Under the pieces are notes generated by a model that saw only the letters and a program-made list of their open reading frames with translations, did no database searches and had not been told where the DNA came from. The position numbers were made by a program, and so were the translations under genes. This document shows positions 18,905 to 27,359 of a DNA stretch of 51,605 nt, in pieces. The stretch is from contig JBMOPM010000168.1 of NCBI GenBank assembly GCA_049323575.1, positions 1-51,605 of the forward strand, read 5' to 3'. Origin of the DNA: Gemmatimonadota bacterium. Lineage in GTDB: Bacteria; Gemmatimonadota; Gemmatimonadetes; Gemmatimonadales; GWC2-71-9. Numbering within the stretch: position 1 is the first letter of the stretch; each line of letters starts with the position of its first letter.

Positions 18905-20770
18905 ATGACACGGTACGACGTCATCGTGATCGGCGGCGGGCACGCGGGCGCGGAGGCCGCGGCGGTGGCCGCCCGCGCGGGGGCGCGCACCCTCCTGCTC
19001 ACGCAGAACCTCGAGACGATCGGCCAGATGTCCTGCAACCCGGCGATCGGCGGGATTGCCAAGGGCACCGTGGTGCGCGAGGTGGACGCTCTCGGCGGGG
19101 TCATGGGCCGTGCAACCGACATGGCCCGCGTCCAGTTCCGCATGCTCAACCGGTCGAAGGGTCCGGCGGTCTGGTCGCCCCGGGCCCAGTGCGACCGTGG
19201 TCTGTACCGCCGGGCGGTGCGTTCGCTGCTGGAGCGGCTCCCGCGTCTCGCGTTCAGCCAGGGGACGGTGGCGCGGCTCATCACCCGTGGTGGTCGCATG
19301 CACGGGGTGGAGACGGTGGACGGCCGGCAGTTCGAGGCGCGGAGCGTGGTGCTCACGGCCGGCACCTTCCTCCGGGGCCGGATTCACGTCGGCACCGCGA
19401 CGACCATCCCGGCCGGCCGGGCCGGCGATGCGCCATCGATTGAGTTGTCACAAGATATTGCAGGACATGGACTTACAATAGAACGCTTCAAGACTGGTAC
19501 CCCGCCTCGGATCGACGGTCGCACCGTGGACCTGACGCGCCTGGCGCGGCAGGATAGCGACGTGGAGCCATTCTGGTTCTCCCATTTCGTGCGGGTGACG
19601 CACCCGGCCCAGTTGCCGTGTTACCTGACGCACGCGGGGCCGGCGCTCAAGGCGATCGTCAGCCGCCATCTCGGCGACTCGGCGCTGTACGGCGGGGCCG
19701 TCAGCGGGCGGGGTCCCCGCTACTGCCCCTCCATCGAGGACAAGATCGTCAAGTTCCCTGAGGCCGAGCGGCACCAGGTCTTCCTGGAGCCCGAAGGACT
19801 CGACACCACCGAGATGTACGTCAACGGCCTGTCGACGTCCCTTCCGCCCAGGGTGCAACTGGAGTTCCTGCGCACGGTTCCCGGGTTGGAGCGGGTGGAG
19901 ATGACGCGGCCGGGCTATGCGATCGAGTACGACTATTTCCCGCCGACGCAGCTCACCCCGTCGCTGGAGGTGAGGACGCTGCCCGGCCTCTTCCTCGCGG
20001 GACAGGTCAACGGCACCACGGGCTACGAGGAGGCCGCGGGCCAGGGCGTGATTGCCGGGCTCAACGCGGCCGCGACGGCACTCGATCGGGACGGCGCCGT
20101 GCCCCGGCGCGACGAGGCGATGATCGGCGTCCTGGTCGACGACCTCGTCAGCCGGGGCGTGGACGAACCCTATCGCCTGTTTACCTCCCGCGCCGAATTC
20201 CGGCTCCTCCTGCGCCAAGACAACGCGCTCCGCCGCCTCCTGCCCCTGGCGGAACGCTTCGGTCTCCTGACCGACGACGAGCGTCGCACCGCATACGAAC
20301 AACTGGAGCGGGAGGACCGGATGCTCGCGGCGGCTGAAGCCACCGCCCTCCACCCGGCCGACGCGAACCCGATTCTCGCCGAACTCGGCTCGGCGCCGGT
20401 GCGTGAGCCAGTTCGCATCGCCCAGCTCGCCCGCCGGCCCGATATCAGCCTCGCCCGCCTCCTCGCCACCGCCGGCGTCAACGTCGAGGAAGGCGTCGAG
20501 TGGGCGTCGATCGAGCTGCGCTACGCCGGCTACCTGGACCGAGAACGCGCCGCCGCCGAACGATTGGCCAAACTGGAAGCGTTCGCGCTCCCGGACGACC
20601 TGGACTATCGAACGCTGACCACCATCTCCTACGAGGCCCGGGAGAAACTCCACCGGGTTCGACCCATGACGCTGGGGCAGGCTGGCCGCATCCCCGGCGT
20701 CTCGCCGAGCGACCTCCAGAACCTCGTGCTGGAGGTGGCCAAGAGAAAGACCACGCGAGTCGGCAATTAG
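18905..20770 (+). CDS. mnmG: tRNA uridine 5-carboxymethylaminomethyl modification enzyme MnmG (GidA)
   Basis: YDVIVIGGGHAGAEAA, QMSCNPAIGG.AKG, RFKTGTPPRIDGRT, GQ.NGTTGYEEAA. I chose ATG 18905; the listed ORF begins at 18710. Confidence 0.93.
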   Translation: MTRYDVIVIGGGHAGAEAAAVAARAGARTLLLTQNLETIGQMSCNPAIGGIAKGTVVREVDALGGVMGRATDMARVQFRMLNRSKGPAVWSPRAQCDRGLYRRAVRSLLERLPRLAFSQGTVARLITRGGRMHGVETVDGRQFEARSVVLTAGTFLRGRIHVGTATTIPAGRAGDAPSIELSQDIAGHGLTIERFKTGTPPRIDGRTVDLTRLARQDSDVEPFWFSHFVRVTHPAQLPCYLTHAGPALKAIVSRHLGDSALYGGAVSGRGPRYCPSIEDKIVKFPEAERHQVFLEPEGLDTTEMYVNGLSTSLPPRVQLEFLRTVPGLERVEMTRPGYAIEYDYFPPTQLTPSLEVRTLPGLFLAGQVNGTTGYEEAAGQGVIAGLNAAATALDRDGAVPRRDEAMIGVLVDDLVSRGVDEPYRLFTSRAEFRLLLRQDNALRRLLPLAERFGLLTDDERRTAYEQLEREDRMLAAAEATALHPADANPILAELGSAPVREPVRIAQLARRPDISLARLLATAGVNVEEGVEWASIELRYAGYLDRERAAAERLAKLEAFALPDDLDYRTLTTISYEAREKLHRVRPMTLGQAGRIPGVSPSDLQNLVLEVAKRKTTRVGN

Positions 20771-20790
20771 CCCACCTCAGACGACACCAT

Positions 20791-20806
20791 TGTTTCACGT
20801 GAAACT
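20791..20806. promoter_or_regulatory. parS centromere-like site 1 (15/16 match to TGTTTCACGTGAAACA)
   Basis: tgtttcacgtgaaact; the 14-bp core GTTTCACGTGAAAC is a perfect palindrome. Confidence 0.85.
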
Positions 20807-20821
20807 GGCCAGCATGGATCC

Positions 20822-20837
20822 TGTTTCACGTGAAACA
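20822..20837. promoter_or_regulatory. parS centromere-like site 2 (16/16 consensus)
   Basis: tgtttcacgtgaaaca, 31 nt (start to start) from site 1 and upstream of parAB. Confidence 0.9.
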
Positions 20838-20910
20838 TCAGGCGCAGCCACGCTGTAATCCAAGCGGCAACACACCCTCGGCGCGCCCCTTTCGACGCGT
20901 CCTGGTCCCG

Positions 20911-20938
20911 ATAGTCACCAATCAATAGTCACCAATCA
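20911..20938. repeat. perfect tandem duplication of a 14-mer (ATAGTCACCAATCA x2)
   Basis: Read directly: atagtcaccaatca atagtcaccaatca, in the AT-richer part of the mnmG-parA spacer. Confidence 0.8.
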
Positions 20939-21037
20939 CACTCATTCCTCATTATTGGGTACCCCATGGCGTTTTCCTGCCTTGTTCTCCGCGCCCCGAA
21001 TCCCCCATATTCTCTCAGGCTCATGGCGCGCCTTCGC

Positions 21038-21046
21038 TGGTATAAT
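21038..21046 (+). promoter_or_regulatory. extended -10 element (TGgTATAAT) upstream of parA
   Basis: tggtataat at 21038-21046, 37 nt before the parA ATG. No good -35, which fits an extended -10 promoter. Confidence 0.45.
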
Positions 21047-21082
21047 CCGGTAAGTCGTTGCCGTGTATTCACTTGAGAGAAT

Positions 21083-21907
21083 ATGGCACGAATCATCGCC
21101 ATCGCAAACCAGAAGGGCGGCGTCGGCAAGACCACCACCGCCGTCAACCTCGCCGCCTCCCTCGCCATCGCCGAGCGCACGACGCTGCTGGTCGACGCGG
21201 ACCCGCAGGCCAACGCCACCAGCGGCATCGGCATCCCCAGGGAGGACGTGCGCCTCTCGCTCTACGACGCCCTGGTGGACGGGCGGCCAGCGAGCGCGGT
21301 GATCATGAGCCATCCCCACCTGCCGCATCTCAAGGCCATTCCGGCCTCCCAGGATCTGGTCGGCGCGGAACTCGAGCTGGTGGAGCGGCCCCATCGCGAA
21401 ACGATGATGCGGCGCACGCTCGACGAAGTGCGCGGTGAGTTCGAGTTCATCCTCATCGATTGTCCGCCCTCGCTCGGGCTCATCACCCTCAACGTGCTGG
21501 CCGCGTCCGACGCGGTGCTGATCCCGATCCAGTGCGAGTACTACGCGCTCGAGGGCATCTCCCAGCTCCTCAACACCATCCGGCTGGTGCAGCAGAACTT
21601 CAACCCGGCGCTCGCGCTGGACGGCGTCCTGCTGACGATGTACGACAGCCGGCTCAATCTCTGTCGTCAGGTCGCGGCCGACGCCAAGGAATACTTCGGG
21701 CCCAAGATGTTCCGCACCGCCATTCCGCGGAACGTGCGCCTCGCGGAAGCGCCCAGCTTCGGCAAGCCGATTCTGCTGTACGACGTGCAGTCGGTCGGCG
21801 CGAAGAGCTACCTCGCGGTGGCGCAGGAGCTGGCCCGGCGAGTGGACCAGGCCGCGCGCGAGCCCGACTCATCCCCGGTCGAGCCCACACCGGAGGTGAT
21901 GCCGTGA
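21083..21907 (+). CDS. parA: chromosome partitioning ATPase ParA (Soj)
   Basis: Deviant Walker A KGGVGKTT, DCPPSLG, and full-length Soj-like sequence. Confidence 0.93.
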   Translation: MARIIAIANQKGGVGKTTTAVNLAASLAIAERTTLLVDADPQANATSGIGIPREDVRLSLYDALVDGRPASAVIMSHPHLPHLKAIPASQDLVGAELELVERPHRETMMRRTLDEVRGEFEFILIDCPPSLGLITLNVLAASDAVLIPIQCEYYALEGISQLLNTIRLVQQNFNPALALDGVLLTMYDSRLNLCRQVAADAKEYFGPKMFRTAIPRNVRLAEAPSFGKPILLYDVQSVGAKSYLAVAQELARRVDQAAREPDSSPVEPTPEVMP

Positions 21908-22794
21908 CGGAGACGAAGCGACTGGGACGCGGGCTCGAGGCCCTGCTGGGCAAGCCCGTCACCCGCGAGGAGGCGCAGGCTACCGGCCAGTTGCGCGACC
22001 TGCCCATCGGTGCCATCCGCCCCAATCCGTTCCAGCCCCGACGCACGTTCGACGAGACGGCGCTCGACGAGCTGGCCCGCTCCATCGAGGCGTCCGGGCT
22101 GCTGCAGCCGGTCGTGGTGCGCCAGCAGGGCACGTCCTACGAGCTCATCGCGGGCGAGCGCCGCTGGCGCGCCGCGCAACGGCTCGACTGGAAGACGATC
22201 CCCGCCGTGCTGCGGGATGCCGACGATCGCACGCTGCTCACGCTCGCCCTGATCGAGAACCTGCAGCGCGACAATCTCTCGCCCATCGACGAGGCCCTCG
22301 GCTACCAGCGCCTGCTCGACGAGTTCGGGATTCCCCAGGCCGAGCTCGCGCGGCTGGTGGGGCGTGACCGCTCGACCATCACCAACCTGCTCCGGCTCCT
22401 GCGCCTCCCCCCCGACGTACAGGCGATGGTGCACGAGAAGAAGCTCACGGAGGGCCACGCCCGCGCGCTGCTCGCGCTGGAGCAGCCCGCGGCGATCCGC
22501 CGGCTCGCCGAAAGCGCCGTGCAGGAAGGCTGGTCGGTGCGCGAGGTGGAGGCGAAGGTGCGCGGCGACGCCGTCCCGGGACAGGCCACGCGCCCCCGCC
22601 GCGGCAAGGCGGGCCCGCATCCGGCCAGCGCCGAAGCGCGCCGCATCGAGGACGCCCTCCGCAAGCATCTGGGCACCGATGTGCGCCTCACGGCCAAGCG
22701 GAAGGGCCGCGGGCTGCTGACCATCAGCTACTACTCGAACGACGATCTCGCGCGCCTGCTGGAACTGATCCTCGGCCATCCGTTCGAGGGGTGA
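21904..22794 (+). CDS. parB: chromosome partitioning protein ParB (Spo0J)
   Basis: LGRGLEALL, the GERRWRAA arginine patch, an HTH (QAELARLVGRDRSTITNLLRLL), and a C-terminal dimerisation region. The GTG start overlaps the parA stop as GTGA. Confidence 0.9.
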   Translation: MTETKRLGRGLEALLGKPVTREEAQATGQLRDLPIGAIRPNPFQPRRTFDETALDELARSIEASGLLQPVVVRQQGTSYELIAGERRWRAAQRLDWKTIPAVLRDADDRTLLTLALIENLQRDNLSPIDEALGYQRLLDEFGIPQAELARLVGRDRSTITNLLRLLRLPPDVQAMVHEKKLTEGHARALLALEQPAAIRRLAESAVQEGWSVREVEAKVRGDAVPGQATRPRRGKAGPHPASAEARRIEDALRKHLGTDVRLTAKRKGRGLLTISYYSNDDLARLLELILGHPFEG

Positions 22795-22795
22795 C

Positions 22796-23584
22796 GTGGC
22801 AACGCCGCACGTCACCATCATGATCCACCGCGACGGGGCACTCGAGTCGCGCACGATCCGGATCCCCCTCTGGTCCGTGCGCGCCGGGCTGATCGCGGCC
22901 ACCGTCCTCGCCGCGGCGCTCCTGCTGGGCCTCGCGCTCTATCTGCCGATCGTGCGGGCCGCGGCGCGCGTGCCCAGCCTCGAGCGCGAAGTGGCCCGGC
23001 TCGAGGCGGAGAGGGCCAAGGTCCAGGAGCTCGCCGCGGCGCTCGACAGCGTCGAGTCACGCTACGCCCAGCTCCGCAAGCTCATCGGCGCCGACATCGT
23101 GCCCGACCCTGCGCTGCTCGCGCCACCGCTTGCCGTCGCCCCGGCGATCCGCGCGCGCGTGGCCGGCTGGCCGGCGTACGAGCAGGGGCCATCGCGTCCC
23201 ACGCACTGGCCGCTGCAGGAGGCCGGCTACGTCACACGCCGGTATGGCGAGTCGGGCGATACCGCCGACGGGACGCACCCCGGCATCGACGTCGCCATCG
23301 GGGTGGGCACACCCGTGCGAGCCGCCGGCGGCGGCACCGTCGTCGAGGCCCGCAGCGACAGGGAATACGGGCTCATGATCCGCCTCCAGCACCCGGAGGG
23401 CTATGAGTCCGTCTACGGCCACCTCTCGCGCCTGCTCGCCGAGGAGGGGCAGCAGGTGAACGCGGGCGAGGTCATCGGGCTGGCCGGCAATACGGGCAAC
23501 TCGAGCGCTCCTCACCTCCACTTCGAACTGCGGCGCGAGGGCAAGTCGATCGACCCGCTCACCCTGGTGAAAGAGGGACGCTGA
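22796..23584 (+). CDS. M23 (LytM-type) metallopeptidase with N-terminal TM and coiled-coil
   Basis: HPGIDVA...(HxxxD) and APHLHFELR (HxH) are the zinc ligands. An N-terminal hydrophobic segment is followed by LEREVARLEAERAKVQEL. GTG 22796; an alternative ATG exists at 22820. Confidence 0.82.
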   Translation: MATPHVTIMIHRDGALESRTIRIPLWSVRAGLIAATVLAAALLLGLALYLPIVRAAARVPSLEREVARLEAERAKVQELAAALDSVESRYAQLRKLIGADIVPDPALLAPPLAVAPAIRARVAGWPAYEQGPSRPTHWPLQEAGYVTRRYGESGDTADGTHPGIDVAIGVGTPVRAAGGGTVVEARSDREYGLMIRLQHPEGYESVYGHLSRLLAEEGQQVNAGEVIGLAGNTGNSSAPHLHFELRREGKSIDPLTLVKEGR

Positions 23585-23586
23585 TC

Positions 23587-24003
23587 ATGGCGATTTTCTC
23601 ATCGGGCAACGGCCGTCCGAGCGGCGCCGAGCGGCGCCGGCCGGAGCCGACCACGTTCTCCATCGTTGCGCCGGACATGCGGATCACGGGCGATCTGGAG
23701 ACGGACGGCGTCGTCAAGGTGGAGGGTCTCGTGCAGGGAAACGTCCGTGCCGGCGCACAGGTGCTGGTAGGCGCCGGCGCGCGAGTCGAGGGAGACATCG
23801 AGACCCGCGAAGCCATCGTGGGCGGCGAGGTCACCGGCAACATCACGGCCCGGGAACGGGTCGAGATTCTCGCCACCGCCGCCGTCACCGGCGACGTCCT
23901 GGCCCAGCGGCTGGTCATCGCCGAGGGGGGCCGGGTGAACGGCCGGGTCACCATCACCGACGACGTCGGGACGTTTTCACCGGGCGAGGCCGTGGCGCGT
24001 TGA
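23587..24003 (+). CDS. bactofilin (DUF583 polymer-forming cytoskeletal protein)
   Basis: Repetitive beta-helix pattern: I.G.L...G.V.V.G.V.G.V....V.V...A.V.G.I....A.V.G.V.G.I. Confidence 0.82.
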   Translation: MAIFSSGNGRPSGAERRRPEPTTFSIVAPDMRITGDLETDGVVKVEGLVQGNVRAGAQVLVGAGARVEGDIETREAIVGGEVTGNITARERVEILATAAVTGDVLAQRLVIAEGGRVNGRVTITDDVGTFSPGEAVAR

Positions 24004-24098
24004 CAAATCGAACAACCATGTGGAATTCACGTTGCGCCCCGCTCGGCGCAAGGCACGCAGTGGTGCCACGTCCGGCGACGAGGTGGAAAGTGTGCAGA

Positions 24099-25091
24099 AT
24101 GTTGACCGCGCGTGGATGCGCCGTGTGGGCAACTCTCGCACTCATCGTGGCTGGGTGTCGGGGCCAGACCCAGCCCGCCGGCTTCCGCGTGGGGCTGGTC
24201 ACGCCGGGGTCGATCGCCGATGCGGCCTGGAACTCCGGCGCGTACCGGGGGCTCGAGCTGGTCCGGGACTCGCTCCGGGTGGAGGTGAGCCACGTCGAGG
24301 CCCGGACGCCGGCCGAGCAGGAGGAGGCGCTCCGCACCTACGCCGCGCAGGGATTCGACCTCGTCTTCGCCCACGGGTTCGAGTTCCAGGCGCCGGCGGA
24401 ACGGGTGTCGGCCCTCTATCCGAAGACCGTGTTCATCGTGACGTCGGGTGAGCGCGTGCACGGGAACGTGGCGCCGCTCATCTTCCGCCTGTACGAGGCC
24501 ACGTATCTCGCGGGCATGGTGGCCGGCGGGATGACCAGGACCGGAACCATCGGATTCGTGGGCGGGGTGGAGATCCCGCCGGTAAAGCTCGCCGTGGATG
24601 GATGGAACAACGGCGCCCGGGCGGTGAACCCGAGGGTCAAGACGCAGGTGACCTACCTCAACAACTGGGACGACGTGGGCGCGGGCTACGAGGCGGCCAA
24701 CGCGCTCATCCGGGTCGGCGCCGACATGCTCCACCACAACGCCGACCAGGCCGCCCTCGGTCTCTTCCGCGCCGCCCAGGAGCATTCCGACGTCCGGGTG
24801 TTCGGCGCCAACGCCGATCAGTCGGCGCTTGCGCCTGACCGCGTCCTCGGCTCCGCCATCATCGACCTGCCCCGCGCCATCCTCATGGTGACCGAGGACG
24901 TGAAGTCCGGGCGGTTCACCCCCAGAGTGGAGAGCTTCGGACTCGCGAGCGGCGTGGTGCGCTACGTGGCGAATCCGGCACTGGAGGGTTCGGTCCCGCT
25001 GGAGCTCGCCGCCAGGGTCAGGGCCGCGGCGGATTCGATCGCGGCGGGCACGCTCGTCCCCGTCGCCGCGCCGGCCAGGGCCAGCCGATGA
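24099..25091 (+). CDS. BMP-family (PnrA/Med-like) ABC transporter substrate-binding lipoprotein
   Basis: Lipobox LIVAGC. Also GLVTPGSIADAAWN, GFDLVF.HGF.F, and G.IGFVGG.EIP in the Bmp pattern. Confidence 0.82.
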   Translation: MLTARGCAVWATLALIVAGCRGQTQPAGFRVGLVTPGSIADAAWNSGAYRGLELVRDSLRVEVSHVEARTPAEQEEALRTYAAQGFDLVFAHGFEFQAPAERVSALYPKTVFIVTSGERVHGNVAPLIFRLYEATYLAGMVAGGMTRTGTIGFVGGVEIPPVKLAVDGWNNGARAVNPRVKTQVTYLNNWDDVGAGYEAANALIRVGADMLHHNADQAALGLFRAAQEHSDVRVFGANADQSALAPDRVLGSAIIDLPRAILMVTEDVKSGRFTPRVESFGLASGVVRYVANPALEGSVPLELAARVRAAADSIAAGTLVPVAAPARASR

Positions 25092-25870
25092 CGGGCGGTG
25101 CCACGCGGCGGGTCCCGCTCGCCGACATCGTCACCTACCTCGACGACTATCTTCGCATCCGCGACGTGCCCGACTACCCCGACGCCGTGAACGGCCTGCA
25201 GGTGGAGAACGGCGGGGCGGTGGATCGGATCGTGGCGGCGGTGGATGCGTCGCTGGCGACGATCGAGGGGGTGCATCGAGGGGTCTCGCCCCTGCTGGTG
25301 GTCCACCACGGCCTCTTCTGGGACGGCAACGTGGCGCTCACCGGCCGGCGGATGCGGCGCGTTCGCGCGCTGCTCGATCGGGACATCGCGCTCTATGGCG
25401 CGCACCTGCCGCTCGATCTCCATCCCGAGGTGGGCAACAACGCCGTCCTCGCTCGCCAGCTCGGTGTCGAACTCGAGGGCCAGTTCGGGAACTACAAGGG
25501 GCAGCCGATCGGCGTGTATGGCCGGCTCGCCCGCTCGCGCGAGGCCCTTGCCCGCACGCTGGACGATCTGCTCGGCACGCGCACCAAGCTCATCGGGGGC
25601 GGTCCGGCGACCACCGCGCGGGTGGGCATCCTTACCGGCGCTGGCGGCAGCTCCTCGCTCCTGGCCGAGTGTCGCGATCTGGGCCTCGACACGTACATCA
25701 CCGGCGAGGGCGCCCATCACACGTACTTCGACGCGATGGAGTGGGGCCTCAACCTCCTCTATGCGGGCCACTACGCCACGGAGCAGGTGGGTGTGCAGGC
25801 TCTGGCCGAGCATCTGAGCCAGAGCTTCGATCTCCCGTGGGAGTTCCACCACCACCCGACCGGGCTGTGA
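25088..25870 (+). CDS. NIF3 family dinuclear-metal-centre protein (YbgI/GTP cyclohydrolase 1 type 2 homologue)
   Basis: D.PNGLQVE...V...VD......A......LLVVHHGLFW...G...GAHLPLD.HPE.GNN...TGE..HH. The ATG overlaps the BMP gene stop as ATGA. Confidence 0.85.
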   Translation: MTGGATRRVPLADIVTYLDDYLRIRDVPDYPDAVNGLQVENGGAVDRIVAAVDASLATIEGVHRGVSPLLVVHHGLFWDGNVALTGRRMRRVRALLDRDIALYGAHLPLDLHPEVGNNAVLARQLGVELEGQFGNYKGQPIGVYGRLARSREALARTLDDLLGTRTKLIGGGPATTARVGILTGAGGSSSLLAECRDLGLDTYITGEGAHHTYFDAMEWGLNLLYAGHYATEQVGVQALAEHLSQSFDLPWEFHHHPTGL

Positions 25871-25895
25871 GGGCGGTCGGGCGGGGTTCCCCGCG

Positions 25896-27359
25896 ATGAC
25901 GGCCCCCCGCCTCGCCTTGCGAGGCATCGTCAAGCGCTTCGGCCCCATCGAGGCGTTGCAGGGTGCCGACTTCACGCTCGCGTCGGGCGAGTTTCACGCC
26001 CTGCTCGGCGAGAACGGCGCCGGCAAGAGCACGTTGATGCACATCGCGGCCGGGCTGCTCCAGCCCGATGCCGGTACCGTGGTGGTGGACGGTACACCGC
26101 GCACCTTCCGGTCTCCGCGGGACGCCCGCCGCGCCGGCATCGGGATGGTCCACCAGCACTTCACATCGATCCCCGCGCTCACCGTCGCCGAGAACATCGC
26201 GCTCACTGCCGGATGGAGCGTGGAACCGCGCCAGGTGCGGCGGCGCGTGGCGGAACTGGTCGAGCGCATCGGGCTGCCGCTGGATCCCGATGCGCCGGCC
26301 GGCGCGTTGAGCGTGGCGCTCAAGCAGCGCCTGGAGATCGTGAAGGCTCTCGCCGCGCACACCACGATCCTGCTGCTCGATGAGCCGACGGCGGTGCTCG
26401 CACCCACCGAGGCCGCGGAACTGCTGCGCCGCATGCGGGACTTCGCGCGCTCCGGCGGCGCCGTGGTGCTGATCACCCACAAGCTCGAGGAGGCGCTCGC
26501 GGCGACCGACCGCGTCACGGTGCTTCGTCGTGGCGAGGTGACGCTCACGGCGCCCACGAGCGAGCAGACCGCCGTCTCGCTCGCCCAGGCCATGATCGGC
26601 GCCGACCTCCCTGCACCGCCGGCCCGCCGCGCCGCGGAGGCCGGAGCCGTGCTGGTGCAGGCGGAGGCGCTGGAGGTGGCGCGGGAGAGCGGATACGGCG
26701 TGGCGGTGCGGGGCGCGTCGTTCGAGGTGCGCGCCGGTGAGGTCGTGGGCGTGGCGGCCGTCGAGGGCAACGGCGAGCGCGAGCTCCTGCGCGCCGTGGC
26801 CGGACTGCTCGAGCCGCTGCGCGGCATCTTGCACGCGGCGGAGCCGACGGCGTTCATCCCCGAGGATCGGACCACCGAGGGATTGATCGGAGAGTTCACC
26901 CTCACCGAGAACCTCGTTCTGGCGCTGGGCCGCGACGCGCAGTGGGTCCGGGGGCACCTGGTGGACTGGCGGCTGGCCCGCGCCCGCGCGGCCGAGGTGG
27001 TGACGGGCTTCGGCATTCGCGCCTCGAGCCCGGATATCAGGGCCCGCGCCCTGAGCGGCGGGAATCAGCAGAAGCTCGTGGTCGCCGAAGCACTGGAACG
27101 GAAGCCGCAGGTCCTCGTGGCGGAGAACCCCACGCGCGGTCTCGATCTCGCCGCCACGCATGACGTGCACGAGCGCCTGCGCCAGGCCGCGACCGGGGGC
27201 GCCGCCGTGCTGCTGTATTCCAGCGACCTCGACGAGGTGATCGCCCTGGCCGACCGCATCGTGGTGATGGCCGGGGGCCGGTTGACTCCGGCCCCGCACG
27301 GCGCGTCGCGCGCAGAGATCGGCGCGATGATGCTCGACATGAAGAAGCGCGCCGGATGA
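25896..27359 (+). CDS. ABC transporter ATP-binding protein, tandem NBDs (sugar/nucleoside uptake type)
   Basis: First Walker A GENGAGKST. Second-half signature LSGGNQQK and Walker B. 487 aa. Confidence 0.9.
   Translation: MTAPRLALRGIVKRFGPIEALQGADFTLASGEFHALLGENGAGKSTLMHIAAGLLQPDAGTVVVDGTPRTFRSPRDARRAGIGMVHQHFTSIPALTVAENIALTAGWSVEPRQVRRRVAELVERIGLPLDPDAPAGALSVALKQRLEIVKALAAHTTILLLDEPTAVLAPTEAAELLRRMRDFARSGGAVVLITHKLEEALAATDRVTVLRRGEVTLTAPTSEQTAVSLAQAMIGADLPAPPARRAAEAGAVLVQAEALEVARESGYGVAVRGASFEVRAGEVVGVAAVEGNGERELLRAVAGLLEPLRGILHAAEPTAFIPEDRTTEGLIGEFTLTENLVLALGRDAQWVRGHLVDWRLARARAAEVVTGFGIRASSPDIRARALSGGNQQKLVVAEALERKPQVLVAENPTRGLDLAATHDVHERLRQAATGGAAVLLYSSDLDEVIALADRIVVMAGGRLTPAPHGASRAEIGAMMLDMKKRAG

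Noticed and set aside
20771-21082. Calling the mnmG-parA spacer the chromosomal origin (oriC)
   Set aside because: I could not find TTATCCACA-type DnaA boxes or an obvious AT-rich unwinding element beyond a short patch. parS sites indicate ori-proximity only, and no dnaA or dnaN is in the window.
25749-27299. 516-aa and 340-aa minus-strand ORFs antisense to the ABC ATPase gene
   Set aside because: Same reasoning: the composition is off-frame-like, and the plus strand holds Walker A/B and signature motifs.
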